Numbered from the whole stretch's first letter, positions 12,746-26,148 are shown. The stretch: 63,192 nt of DNA, filler included, from Chiloscyllium plagiosum (GCF_004010195.1; 4 parts of one record of this genome joined end to end with filler, not necessarily neighbours in it); one strand, 5' to 3'. The notes: a model not told the origin generated them from the sequence alone. Translations and numbers: made by a program.

Positions 12746-15104
12746 CATTTTCCTGGTAGCTGTTATAAATGGTTAGAGAGGGGGCTCGCAGTCCAATTAA
12801 GGCAGGTTTTATGACCTCAACTGATGTTAATACTGGACAAGTCAGATCCCAGAGTGAAAGTTAACATAAATAAAACCAATAACTGCAGATGCCGGAGATC
12901 TGAACAAAACAAAAGCACACAAATTGCTGGAGAAACTCAGCAGGTCCAGCAACATCTGTGGAGAGAGAAACAGAGTTCATGCTTTGTCTCCAGAGATTTC
13001 TCAACAAGGTGGTGGATGGCTGCTGCAGGTTGGTAAGGAATGTCTCCAGGCCTGGCCCAGTCCTCACTTTCTCCTTATACCTGCTGTCAAGACACTACCT
13101 CCAGGCAGTTCAATAATCGTTGTTGCCTAAGGGAAGCTGGAGGCTGATTGGGAAATCCAAGTAATTAGCTGTAAGTTCCTGTTAACTAACTGCATTCCTG
13201 ACAGTGCATCCACTCACCCCTCCTCCAATCTAACCTCTGAAGAGTTAGCCCACGGGCAAATTGGAATCAGCTAAATGGCACACAGGCTGGCAGAGCAACG
13301 TTTAGCCCATGGCCCCCTGCACTCATGGCTGTAATGGGGGCAAACAGGTACCAGTATTTTCTGACATCAATTCTGAATGTGTGAATTCGAAGCTAATGCC
13401 TCATTGTTCCAGATTGATTTAATCTTTATCAACTCTTTTCAAATTCTTGAGCCATCATATACAGCCTAATCAGATCTCCTCTTCAACTTTTACACTCTAG
13501 GAAGTACAATCTTAGTCTGTGCTTAATTTAGCCCTTCTATCCCCGCACCATTTTAGGAAATCCGTGCTGCACCTTTGCCAAGTTTTCATTTCATGCTCAA
13601 GTGCTGGGGTAAGACTTGAACCAATAGCCTCCTGACTCAGAGACAAGCAGGTGTGTCATTCTGATACTCTTTCATTCTTAATTTCGTCCTTTCTTCCTGA
13701 CACAACATACTCTTCACAAACTCATCTCTGCTCTGCTCATGTATGTTCACATGTTCAGCAATTCTGCCCCAATAACAGTACTGAATTCTGCCTCACAACG
13801 AATGTTATTCTGATAGGCCTGCTATTTCTTAATTTATCTCTGACTTTTCTGAAATAACGGAATGACATTATCAGCTTTCCAATCCTAGGGGACAGTTTAG
13901 GAATTGATAATTATTAAGATTGTGAGTAAGCATCAACATTCTTTTCACCACCACCTTTGTTTGAAACCCAGAGGTGAAAACCATGGGAATTTTACTATCT
14001 TTCATCTTATTAGTTTCTCCATCACCAATTTTTACTTCTATTTAATGCAGTTAGCCCTCTTTTGATTTATTTATGTTCTTTCTTGTAACTTTGGTACTTG
14101 ATGCTCGTTTTGGATTGGGACAAAGCTGTTTATTAACTCTGCCACTTTCTCATTTCCATTTACAATGTCAGCTGATAATAAAGGGCTTGGTAACCCCTTT
14201 TTTACCTCATAGATTTGTAAAAGCCTTCAGTGTTGTCCTTGATATCCCTCACAAGCTTTCCCACAGATTCTTTCTGTTAATTGTTGTCACTTTCTTTGTT
14301 TCCCTTTGCAGTTTTGCCTCTCCTTCAGTAATGCTGTGGAGGGCCTACCTACATTGTGTTCAAGTCTCTGGAATTGAGCTTGACCCTTCAACCCTCTGAC
14401 TGAGATATGAGCCAAGGTTGACATGATATTACGCTGGAGCAGTTAATGGAAGGCTTAGTGGAGCCCACTGGGTGGAAAATGTGGCAGGCGGGTAATTTAA
14501 TTGGACATGATATGAAATTTCAATTTCTCAAAATTGGGACACAGGTTAAAGACAGAGGCACATTTGCTGCATGTTAACCTCCAACCAGCATGTGGGGTCA
14601 ATGCTTATAATGCATTCATTTGTATTCTATGAATATTCATCAGTGTAAAACCATTTTTAATGATGTTCCACCCTTGGGATAAAGGATATGTACAAGAATC
14701 TCTTGACACCTAATTCACCGCCTGTTTAAATGTGTTGTCCTTGTGCAGTCCATTGATTTAACTCTACAGGGTATAGAAAGGGAGCAAAATAGCAGCTTGC
14801 ATGGAAGCTCAAGACTGGCAAGGGAGAGTTCGTGCTGAGGGAGTTGTGGAATGGAGTCAGGACATAGAGGAGTGGAAATGAAATCCAGAGAGGGAAAAAG
14901 GTGGCATCACAGGCTTGGAGGAGAAATTGGAAATGTGTGGAGGGGTTGATGGGAAGTCTGGGGTGAGTAATTCAGGGCAGAAATTGAGGAGCCTGGTCAT
15001 GGTGGTTGTACGGTGTTGGTTGACAGTGATCTCTGACAATCTTCTTTACGATGCAAAGAAGAGCCAGCTGATCCTGTAAGTACGGCCATGTCCAATAGAA
15101 TAGT

Positions 15105-15400
15105 GAGTACAAGGGGTAGGCCACTTAGAACAGAGTTGAGGAGAAACCTCTTCACCCAGAGAGTGATGGGTGTATGGAATGCTCTGCCCCAGAAGGCTGA
15201 GAATGCCCAGTCTCTGGATACTTTCAAGAAAGAGTTGGATAGAGCTCTTAAGGATAGTGGAATCAAGGGTTATGGGGATAAGGCAGGAACAGGATACTGA
15301 TTGAGGTTGATCAGCCATGATCATAATGAATGGTGGTGCTGGCTCGAAGGGCAGAATGGCCTACTCCTGCATCTATTGTCTACTGTCTAATGTTTCTGTT
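15105..15400 (+). mobile_element. CR1 LINE 3' end
   Basis: RRNLFTQRVMGVWNALP..FKKELD motif and CR1-type 3' UTR. Confidence 0.85.
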
Positions 15401-15739
15401 CCATATGAACTTCCTGCCACTCTCCTTCATTAGAACCTCACATTATATCCTTCTGTTCCTTTTTCCCCTCATCTGCTATCTAGCTTTTCATGAAATACAT
15501 CAATGCAGTATGCCTTAATAACTCTTTATGGGAGCAAGTCTGTATTCTAACTACTCAGTAGCTAATCAAACAGCCTCCTTACGTGCCAAACAGCATAAGC
15601 GGCAAGTGATAGACTGACCTAAATGATCCCACAACCAACGGATCAGATCTAGACTGTGCAGCCCTGCCACATACAATTGTGAATGGTGATGGACAATTAA
15701 ACAACTCATTGGATGAGGAGGCTCCACAAATATCCCCAT

Positions 15740-15839
15740 NNNNNNNNNNNNNNNNNNNNNNNNNNNNNNNNNNNNNNNNNNNNTTAATTAATTAANNNNN
15801 NNNNNNNNNNNNNNNNNNNNNNNNNNNNNNNNNNNNNNN
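15740..15839. other. Assembly join: 44 N + TTAATTAATTAA + 44 N
   Basis: Identical 100-bp spacer recurs at 46656 and 61783. Confidence 0.97.
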
Positions 15840-16120
15840 GCAGAAATGGCTAACACGAGGGGTCATATTTTTAAGCTGGTTGGAGGAAAGTATAGAGGGG
15901 ATGTCAGAGGCGGGTTTTTTACACAGAGAGTTGTGCGAGCATGGAATGCGTTGCCAGCAGCAGTTGTGGAGGCAGGGTCATTGGGGACATTTAAGAGACT
16001 ACTGGACATGCATATGGTCACAGAAATTTGAGGGTGCATACATGAGGATCAATGGTCGGCACAACATCATGGGCTGAAGGGCCTGTTCTGTGCTGTACTG
16101 TTCTATGTTCTATGTTCTAA
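15840..16120 (+). mobile_element. CR1 LINE 3' end
   Basis: TRGHIFKL..FFTQRVVRAWNALP; (tgttcta)n tail. Confidence 0.88.
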
Positions 16121-19100
16121 CTCTGACACTGAAATGAATACTCAATAGGAAACATTGTTTCTTTCATGATAAAGAAAGAGAATTTCTCATAACATCCTTG
16201 AGACTTTCTCAGTACACAGGCATAATATGCGCACAAACAGTAGCAGTGCCAGAACTGCAATTACGTTAGTCTATCCCAGTCACTTATACTTGTTATGTTT
16301 ATTTGGAGGCACCACATTTTTTATTTGCAGAGTGTTTAGCACTCACAGACCATGTTAGGGGGTCATGAGACACAGCCATTAAGAAAACGTCCCCTGTATC
16401 CATCAATGTTTGCCAAGTCTGAGGTTTACCAGTTCATCTAACTCTGGTTAGTCTCACCAAATAATGATGCATATACAAATAAAGTGAAACCGATATAATT
16501 TGAAATCTTTCCAGGTGAAATTTAAATTTGAAAAATATCTGTGCCATCATTGAGCTCTCAAATCTTATGCTGATGACAATGTAGTTAGGCAGGAGTAATT
16601 TGGCTATAATGTTGTGTCTCTCAATTTGGTCAGGATATACTGTTGCAATGTAGCCATTGTCAGCTGATGGGAGGGTTTTGTGAATGAAAAGCTACCCCTA
16701 CTGTTGAATTGCTAGTGTATTCCGCGCATGCTGCTAGTGCTTTGAATATCCATTATAAATCACGTGTGAGGTGGGATAAAGAGAGAGCAGAAGCAATTCC
16801 AGTTATGACATCAGGAATAGTACACTGTTGCCGAAATCCGGTCAGCGTGACTAATGTTGCGAAATCTGAGAAGGAAATTGCTATAGGGAACTTCATCAGC
16901 CTATTACTGTCTCCATACTCCCTGAACCTGGTTTCCTTGGTTACGTGCCACAAAGGAACAGGCAGTGATGAGCTGCCTGCTGCTGCAATTTACCACAAAG
17001 GAGTAAAGCACCAGTATAAAGATAATTAGTGTTTTATATTCAACTATTTTTTTTAATACAAAAGGCCATAGCTTCATAATGCCAATATCAATAATGCAGG
17101 TGCCAACATGAAACTCTCAAAAAGCTTCTATGCTGCTCCTGCTTTCTGTTTCGATGCAGTAATAATGAGAGTCTTCGTGCAGGCAATGCCAGTTTGCTTT
17201 ATATGTATGCAGAGCAGGCAGATAATGTCAGTCAATGATCCTCACTATTTTAATCGTACCTTGCAACTTGAGTTGACACCTCTTAATCAACATGCAACTA
17301 AACATCTCCTCAGTAGCATAAAGATTCCCCATTAGCATTATTTTGTAAAATTACTAGCAACTTGCAGATTAGTGTCTCTGTCTTTCTATGGGTTCAGTTT
17401 GAGTTTGTTGAAGTCCTGGGATGTGGTGAGGAGTTGGTTACTGTCTGTGAACTCTGCGGGAAGTACGATATCATATACCAAAGATGTTTACTATGTGGGA
17501 TCTGGGCACATCAGATTTTCTCAATAATCAGCGCCGTATAGAAGCAGCTCCCCTTTGGACTGCAAACTAAGAGGGAAATAGTACACAGGCAGCAAATAAG
17601 AAAAGCAGTTTACTGACAGAGGAGGAGGAGAGGTGAAAGGTTCTCAGCAGAAACCCTTAACCATCCAGAATCTTCCAGGAGCATTTCTCCAACATTTACC
17701 TTAATTTGGGCAATGCATTCATCATCTGTGGTTCACAAAGCATGTCCTTACAGAACTCCACCATTTTTTGGTGCACCCAGTGGTTATGAAGGATGTAATG
17801 TGACCCTAAATTTCTAAGCTTCAGGATCCTTCCTAACTGGCATCATAGGCAGCGTACCAATTTGACATCCATTGCTGCATTATCATAGATATAGGGGCTC
17901 TTTATGTGAGGAGAGGGGCTTTATTGTGTTCTCTCTGGACAGAGAGAAGTAAGTAGAATTCATATGTGGTTCTGCCAGAATAGTGAGCTACTCTGTAGTA
18001 CAGGTGCCATTAGCTGCACACATCTGTCTTGGTAGAGACCTCAATTAATACTATTGACTGAATGTGAGCCAGATTACCAAAATCCTTGCACAAAAAGACA
18101 AAGACATTAACACCACCACTGTACTTCTTGCAGAACCAGCAAACCTATCTGCTCAAATCTAGGCTTTATGTGCAAAGTGAACGGGGTAACGCAAGAACAA
18201 TGGTTGACTAGGCTGCCGAGCAAGACTTGGTGCTCATCTCTGAGATAGAAGTGTACACTTCAACAAGACCAAAAACCCTAGTAGACTTGGGGAACAAATA
18301 GAGCAGCACATTTGGAGAATGTATTCAGGTCAGGCCATACTACCAAAAGATTAGCAATTAGGCCTTTAAGTGTCTTTGGAACTTTCTTCCATTTCCTGGA
18401 AGTACAGTCCTTGAACATTTTTAAGGCAAAGGTAGATCACTTCTTGTTAAGCAAGAGAATAAAAGGTTATCGGGATGGACTGGAATGCAGAGATTATAAT
18501 CAGAGCAGCCTGATCTAATTGAGTGGCGGAGCAGACACGAGGGGCTAAATAGCTTACTCCTTCTCCTAATTGATATGTTCAGATATAGGCTTATCTTCCG
18601 AGATTACAGGCTTGCATATCGCTCAAGCAATCAGGTGCTAAAACAATATTGCAAGTAGAGGACACATTTGACAATAAATGAGGACCTTTGAGTCTTCAAT
18701 GACAGACAAATGATTATGAGAGCTCTGACAGGAGATATTCCCTCAAGTCATTTCAGCAAAATGAAATGAAGGGTTGGGGCACATCAGTCTATATGGTGGC
18801 AGGGCACCTCATTCTTAGACACATATGGCATACCTCCTGGCACAGGAGTCTTGAATCAGCCTTGATCCCCTGGCTTGATGGTAATATAGTGTGAGATATG
18901 ACAGGTTACAGATTGGAATTGAATACAACTCTGCTGCCACTCATTGCCCACAGTATCTCATGGATGCCAAGTTTTCAAGTGCCAGATCTGCTCTGAATCA
19001 AACCTGTTTAGCTTGTGCTAGTGCCACACACATGATGAATACAAAACATTGACTCAACAAGAACTGTTCAATGATCACTTGTACTGATATTATCTTGTCA

Positions 19101-19799
19101 GAAGCATTTGGAACAAATAGATTGTTAAAGGTGAGGTCAAGTAGGTTTTTCCCACTTACTGGTGAACTCACTACCTGTGCCTGGCAGGTATGTTCTTCAA
19201 GACTTAGCCACCTTGGTTAGTAATGGTCTTATTGAGCCACTCTTTGTGATGGACATTGAATTCCCTCACTCAGAATGCATTATGATTAGATTAGATTCCC
19301 TACAGTATGGAAACAGGCCCTTCGGCCCAACAAGTCCACACCGACCCGCCGAAGAATAACCCACCCAGACCCATTCTCCAATTGAACAACTCACTGTACG
19401 TCCCTCATAAACCAACAGAAGGATTCAGAGAGAGATAATGGAGTACCAAAGGCTGGGCCAGCTGTAAAACTATCATCTTGACATTGGAATTATGAAGCAA
19501 AGACCACTGAACCGACTTTCCATATCTTCTACCTCTGCCCTTCTTCCTTTTTGTTTGTGTGTCTGTGTGTGTTGGGTGGGTTTATAAGGATATTCAAATT
19601 TTCATCTATAATGTTATATGCCAAGATTTATATATGTTTACCATAAGTTATTGTGTAATTACTTGTAATAAACAGTAATATTTATTCAGTACAGAAACCT
19701 GATCCTTGCTTTCTTTCAACCTTCGTCTGAAAGCCATGTAAATTGGGGCAAATGAGTACTTTTTAAAAAAAAAACTTCAAGATTTACATGGTTGTGGGT

Positions 19800-21080
19800 A
19801 TGAGTCAAAAAGTGTGGCGCTGGAAAAGCACAGCCAGTCAGTCAGCATTGAGGAGCAGGAGAGTCGATGTTTTGAGCCCAAGCTCTTCATCAGGAATGCT
19901 TATCAGCTTATGCTCGAAACGTCGACTCTCCTGCTCCTCAATGCTGACTGACCGGCTGTGCTTTTCCAGCACCACACTTTTTGACTCTGATCTCCAGCAT
20001 CTGCAGTCCTCACTTTCTCCCTGTGGTTGTGGGCATGTCCACCACGCTGGGAAGTTGATTGCATCCTCTGTCCAGGTGACATCTTCAGTGCTTTGGAGCC
20101 TCCTGGGAAGCACAGTTGTACTGTGTCTTCTGGAATTTATTTGGTTCTGTTTCTGCTGCTTCCGGTTGCTGGTTCAGATTGTTTATTGTAGTGGCCGATA
20201 TATTGGGTCTCAGTCAATGTCATTGTTGATGGAGTCTATAAATGAGTGCCATGCTTCAAAGAGTTCTCTGGCTGTCCTCTGTTTAGCTTGTCCTATGATT
20301 GTTGTGTTGGCCCAGTCGCTTTTGTGATCCCTGTCATCTGTGTGTATGGCTACTGGGTGCAGCTGGTCATTTAGTGGCTAGTTTATGGATACCGATTTGC
20401 TCGTTGTCTGCCTGTTTGCCCTGTATAGTGTTTCATGCAGATGTGCATGGAATCTTGTAAATAATGTTTGTCTTGCACATGATGGATATCAGGTATTTTG
20501 TTCTGGTGAGTTGTCTGAGTATACCTGTTGGTTTATGGGCTGTCATTAATCCCAGTGGACAGAGAAGTCTGGCTGTCAGTTCCGAGACTTTTTTTATGTA
20601 AGGTAGTGTTGCGAGTGAGTTAGGTCGTGTCACGTTGTTTGTCTGTTAGACGTCTGCGGATGAAGTTGCGGGGATATTCGTTCCTGGTGAATGTGCTGTA
20701 GCGTGTTGTAGCCCTTTTGAACAGGGTCCTAATGCAGCTTCTCTTGTGTGTGTTTGGATGGTTGCTGTTGTAATTCAGGAGCTGGTTTGCTGTGTGTAAC
20801 TTTCCTCGGCACTTTTGTGGTGTATTCACCACTCTGTGTTCTTTGTACCATCACATCCAGGAATAGGAGTTGATTGTTGGTTTCCATCTGTCTCATAGAT
20901 CTGAGCATAATGTTGCTGATCTGGTGTGTGTGCTCAATCTCTGTTCTTGTAATGATAACAAAAGTGTTGTCTATGTATCTGATCCAGAGTTTGGCTTGGA
21001 TTTGTGGTAGAACTGTTTGTTCCAATCTTTGCATCACTGCTTCAGCTATGAGCCCAGAGGTGGGTGAGCCCATAGAAAGA
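19800..21080 (-). mobile_element. Penelope-like element (RT + GIY-YIG remnants) plus adjacent fold-back pLTR of a second family (19800-20020)
   Basis: MGSPTSGLIAEAVM..WIRYIDNTF RT, LNYNSNHP, LPYIKKVSE, IIYKIPC; inverted pLTR pair with decayed hammerhead cores at ~19865-19925. Confidence 0.85.
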
Positions 21081-21099
21081 AGAAGAACACAAACATTTT

Positions 21100-22290
21100 G
21101 GAAACACTTAATTGAAACAGCAAAGGATTTCCTGAAGGTGGCAGAGTTGTTCCTTAGCAGCCTTAAAGGAAATCTCAAAACCAAAGTTGATTGACTTGGT
21201 GGGTAAACTGAAGGTAACATTGTCTGACAGAGCCAAGGAAGGCCAACATAATTGAGGCACTAACACAACACTTGGGTTTAGAGGAAATACAAAAAAGGGC
21301 CAAGGACTACAGTTGGGAAATGTTGGAATTAAGTGACATTCGGTCACAGTTAAAGCAGCTTGAATATAAGGAAAGAATGAAAATAACTGCAAATGAAATT
21401 CCAAAGGGCAGCAAAAGATAAGGAAAGGGAAATGAAATTGAAATGAGGAAACTACAATTAGAATTTCAAAGAAATTTTCAAGCAAGGCAGTAGATAATTA
21501 ATATAAACTTAAAATGGCACAGTTGAAACAGAACACACCAAATCCCTGTGCAGCCTATGTTGGGGAGAATCTGAGTCATAATTTGAAGTCCGGTAAGGAA
21601 AAGTGTAAGTTTGCACAGGCCTGAGCAAAATTTGCGGAAAAGGGTGGTGGAAGCCTTCCTCATGTCGTTTATGGAAATGGTGAGGCAAATGTATTGGGCA
21701 AAAGAAGACTGGGCACTGTTTATGCAAAGACAAAACTAGAGTGGTGCTGGAAAAGCACAGCAGGTCAGGCAGCATCCGAGAAGCAGGAAAATCGACCTTT
21801 CGGATAGGAGTCCTTCTCCTGCCCGAAACGTCAATTTTCCTGTTCCTCACTCTAGTTTTGTCTCTGACCTCCAGCATCTGCAGTCCTCACGCAGGAGAAG
21901 GACTCCTATCCGAAAGGTCGATTTTCCTGCTTCTTGGATGCTGCCTGACCTGCTGTGCTTTTCCAGCACCACTCTAGTTTTGTCTCTGACCTCCAGCATC
22001 TGCAGTCCTCACTTTCACACTTTTTATGCGAAGTAAATTGATAGGTAAAGCACTGGAAATTTATGCTTCGTTGTCAGGGGAGATTTCTCAGGATGATGAC
22101 ACAGTGAAGAAGACTATATTGGCTGCCTACATAATAGTGCTGGGGTACATACGCAAAGGTTTTGGAATGTAAGGAATAAACCTGGAAAAACCGATATTAT
22201 GTTTGAAAGAGTTGTTCAAAGTAATTTTGACGGGTGGATAAGAGTATTAGAAGATGAAACCATGTACGGTTATTCCCTGAGAGGAATCTA
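21100..22290 (+). mobile_element. Gypsy (Gmr1-like, SCAN-type gag) remnant interrupted by a pLTR hairpin
   Basis: Removing 21730-22022 gives VEAFLMSF..WAKEDWALFMQSKLIGKALEIYASLSGEISQDDDTVKKTILAAY, resembling Gmr1-like gag. Confidence 0.6.
21730..22022. mobile_element. Penelope pLTR fold-back insertion with ~11-bp TSD
   Basis: Inverted arms 21728-21822 / 21891-21985; tttatgcaaag (21719-21729) vs tttatgcgaag (22023-22033). Confidence 0.85.
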
Positions 22291-23599
22291 AAAACCCACT
22301 GTAATAAAAAGATTAAAGACAAAAAGATTGCAACTACTGGACTGGCATCAGTAATGACATCTCCAGGGCAGGTGATGGTAGCATCTGGGACATTGCAAGC
22401 TATGAATCCAAGAGTATGACTGTGTTGAGCTGTTTCTTTACTGGTGTGTGAGATAGCTCTCCCATGTTTAGCACAAGTCCCCAGATGTTACTTAAAGGAC
22501 TTTGCAGGGTCAGCAGGGCTAAGTTTGCATTTGTCATTACTGTACCTTGGTCAATGCCACATGTTCCGTCCAATTTCACTCCATTTTTTTCAGACTTTTG
22601 AACAGTTATATCAATTAACTCAGTTTCGAAGTCATTTCAGAGGGCAGTTTGGAGTCAATCACATCTTGGACTCTCTAGAATCACATATAAGCAACAGCAG
22701 ATAAGGATGGCAGATTTCCTTCCCTGAAGGACATTACTGAACCAGATGGGTTTCTATGACAATTGACAATGGTTGCATAGTCATCATTAAGTTTTTTTTA
22801 ATTTAAATTTTACATCAGTGGTGCTAGGATTTAAGCCTGGGCCCCCAAAACATTACCATAGTCTTTAGATTGTGACTCCAATGTGCCATCCACTCCCTTC
22901 TACATAAGAGTTACTGCATGTAGAAATTATTCCCTTGTCTGAAAAACTGCTTTTAATGGGAAGATAGTGTATGAATGTAAGCTCTTTTTTCTTATTAATG
23001 CACATTCTTGTGTTATGTGTCAGAATTTTTTTTTAACTTTACATTATTCTCATTACATTTCATAATAAATGAGTGTTACCTCATTCAACTTAGGTAGAGA
23101 TAAAAAGAAAAACACTGTGAATATTGCCAACCTGAAATAAAAACTGAAAATAAATCTGTATGCAAAAAAAAACTAAAATGTGAGCCAGAAATCAGTTCAC
23201 ATAAAATGTTTCTGTGAAACCTTAACCTATCTTTTTGTTTCTCATGCTGATACAGTTGGCTGTATATTTCTTTTGCTGTGGTTTTAAATGGAACAGATTA
23301 AATTGAAAGAACAAACCTGAACTGTTTGATGTACTATGCAGTACCACTTTGGTTCTTATTCATAGTCTAAACAGAGGTATCTTGCACATGTCTAGCTTTG
23401 AATTATTGTAATCCCACCCATTACCACAATGAAGCTAATGGCTGTGTAACGAAACAGTGACTATTTAAAGGGACCTATTTTAAAGACATGACTAGGTGCT
23501 TCTGTAAAGTTCCAGGAATGTAGACTTCTATCAGCTACAAATGTTAAAATAAACTACTTTCTTCATAAGATCAGTGATTTATATACTTTTAGCAATGGA

Positions 23600-23955
23600 T
23601 TTTTTTTTCTTTTCCTTTGTGTGTTAAATTTGAAAATCTCCATGGTGCTGTTATGCTGTCAGCTTTAAGAGTCATGGCATCAGTGGCACATTCTTATTGA
23701 TCAGCCTCACTCTGATGCTGTTTGTACTGGCAAAGTAACCTCCTCCTGAGCAAGATGTCGATAATGTCCTTGTATCTTTCTTTCCCTTTTCTGAGTCTCT
23801 GGAAATATTAGGAGAAATAAGGTAGTTTGTGGTGCCACATGCAGGTAGGGGTAGCTGTTGCCTGTGGGCAACATTTAATAAAAATCATTGCAGCAAAGGA
23901 CTTTTGAGCAGACCGACTGAATGAAGCAGGCTTGTGTATCAGCAAGCCTGCTAGG
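23600..23955 (+). promoter_or_regulatory. Putative internal promoter / 5' UTR of the MTUS2 short isoform
   Basis: Repeat-free unique sequence directly upstream of the alternative first exon; TSS cannot be located from sequence; boundaries approximate. Confidence 0.35.
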
Positions 23956-24009
23956 ATGGGCCATTGCTGTTGCAAGCTGTATTACTGCTTTGGTTGTCTG
24001 GACGAGAGG
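23956..24009 (+). CDS. MTUS2: MTUS2 short-isoform alternative first coding exon (MGHCCCKLYYCFGCLDER)
   Basis: ATG in strong context (AGGATGG), in-frame TGA upstream at 23905, 18 codons then donor AGG|gtaata in phase 0, joining the phase-0 exon at 24928. Resembles the recalled N-terminus of the human MTUS2 short isoform (MGHQCCKPYICLQCLDKT-NESALVKE). Confidence 0.85.
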
Positions 24010-24927
24010 GTAATAGCTTTGTTGTTTCTTTTTGTTCCAATGACACAGGGTGGTGACGGAAGTCATGATGCAGCCCAAGTTGAAATAATTTAGGGGTTGA
24101 CTTTATGATTTTCTATGTGTTTATGAGAAGGAATGTCCTATTTTATAGCAGCCTTGTATGTTTGCATTAATATATTGTGAATATTGAAGACCTAGGACAC
24201 ACACTAAGTTGCAATTTAATTTACAACTCTATCCACTGCAATAACTTAATCTCATCATTTTCTGTCTTAAAGAAGCAACATTATGATTTGAGGTCAACTC
24301 CACCAAAGAGGTTTCGTTTTGTTCACGACTGTAGCTCACGTTTTAATAATGTTGCACTATCATTGTTTTTCTTCCTTTGAAAAAAATGGGAGAGTCAGTG
24401 TGGTTGCATTTAATTCCCTTAAAATTACTTTTGCATTCTCAAATTTGTAGCTTTCCAGTGTTAAGTCAAGTTTGTTTATTTTGGTGCTAGACATGATTTG
24501 AATATTATTGTCAAGCCTGTGGAACAGTTCGTAACTTACTAATTTCCTGCAACTATTTGGTGTTTCACAACTCAGATAAGTGACTGAAAAGATAGCTTCT
24601 GAGTTGGTGGCTATTAAGGTTTACTGAGTTACTGCAATAACCCAGTAGATTGAGGTCTTTGTGGAAAATATATTAAATAAAATCTGGTAAATAATTATGG
24701 TTGTGAACTTAGCTCAAAACAGTCGCTTGTCAGGAAATAAAGAATACAGGGGTGAATTTCCCTCTTCAGTGTTTGAGCAACAATTAAAGTGGATTGGGTC
24801 ACCCACCTGCTAGAGTCTGCCTTCTTTATGTCCTACTGATATCACCATGTGGATACAGTTCAAATTGCTCTGTTTACTACAATTCCCTACTATTTTGAAT
24901 TCTAAATTTTTCTGTTCTTATTTGCAG

Positions 24928-24994
24928 AATGAAAGTGCCCTTATCAAAGAGAAAGAACTGTCCATTGAGCTTGCTCATATCAGAGAGGAAGTAG
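24928..24994 (+). CDS. MTUS2: MTUS2 coding exon (NESALIKEKELSIELAHIREEV)
   Basis: Polypyrimidine tract + ttgcag acceptor; G|gtaag donor (phase 1); 67 nt; near-identical to recalled MTUS2 NESALVKEKELSIELANIRDEV. Confidence 0.93.
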
Positions 24995-26148
24995 GTAAGA
25001 TGTACAAGAAACGTACAAGTAATGCTGTCTATCCTTTGAGTGTGTTTGTTTGACTGTATAATTCCTACAAAAGCAATGCACCAAAATATTCTTTGTGTCT
25101 GCTGGCTGCTTTAATCCCATTGGGAAAATACAGAGCAATAATTCATCTTACTGTTATAATGATAAGGTCATGACTTGTTTGTGTCCTAGTCTGAGTGTCA
25201 TCAAGTGGTGTTCTCACCAAACGTGTAAATTATGTATGCATACTCTCCTTATGTGACTCATGGGACTTAATTTCACTGTTTAATGAATATCTACAATTTT
25301 GTTACAACTTTCCTTCCTATGAATGGATGTTTTCAGGTCTCATTTGGTTAACACAGCTTAATTGAAGTAATTGTTTAAATGTAGTAATACTTGCTATCTG
25401 AATCATTTGTGAGTCATTTCCAAATACGGTGTGTCATTCCTTTAGGCTGAGGTGCAGACAGGAATTTAATAAATTGAATAAAATAAACATCTAAAAGTTC
25501 ATGTGCATCAATTAGGCATGGGAGATAAATAGTGCTTAGTTAATTTGCACATTTATCTGTGTATTGGTAATAAGGTTGGTAATTTACAGACAGTTGTCTC
25601 TCTTGGAGAGAGACAATGGTTATCTAGCCAAAGGAGCTCCACCCCACATCAAACAAAGGGCAAAACGAGGAGGCAGATCCCAAATCTAGAGGTAAAAACA
25701 ATGACTGCAGATGCTGGAAACCAGATTCTGGTTTGGCCGAACTGGTCCTCACCCTTAACAATTTCTCCTTTGGTCTGGAGGAAGTGGGAGGATTCAAAGA
25801 GGTAGCCATGGGCACACGTATGGGCCCCAGCTATGCCTGTCTCTTTGTTGGCTACGTAGAGCAGTTGATCTTCCGTAATTACACCGGCACCACTCCCCAC
25901 CTCTTCCTCCGCTACATTGATGACTGCATTGGCGCCACCTCGTGCTCCCGCGAGGAGGTTAAGCAATTCATCAACTTCACCAACACATTCCACCCCAACC
26001 TTAAATTTACCTGGACCATCTCCGACACCTGGCTCCCCTTCCTGGACCTCTCCATCTCCATCAGTGACGACCGACTTGACACTGACATCTTCTACAAACC
26101 CACCAACTCCCACAGCTACCTGGATTACACCCCTTCCCACCCTACCTC

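Noticed and set aside
15784..15795. Palindromic TTAATTAATTAA as a biological motif
   Set aside because: Embedded symmetrically in N runs three times; scaffolding linker.
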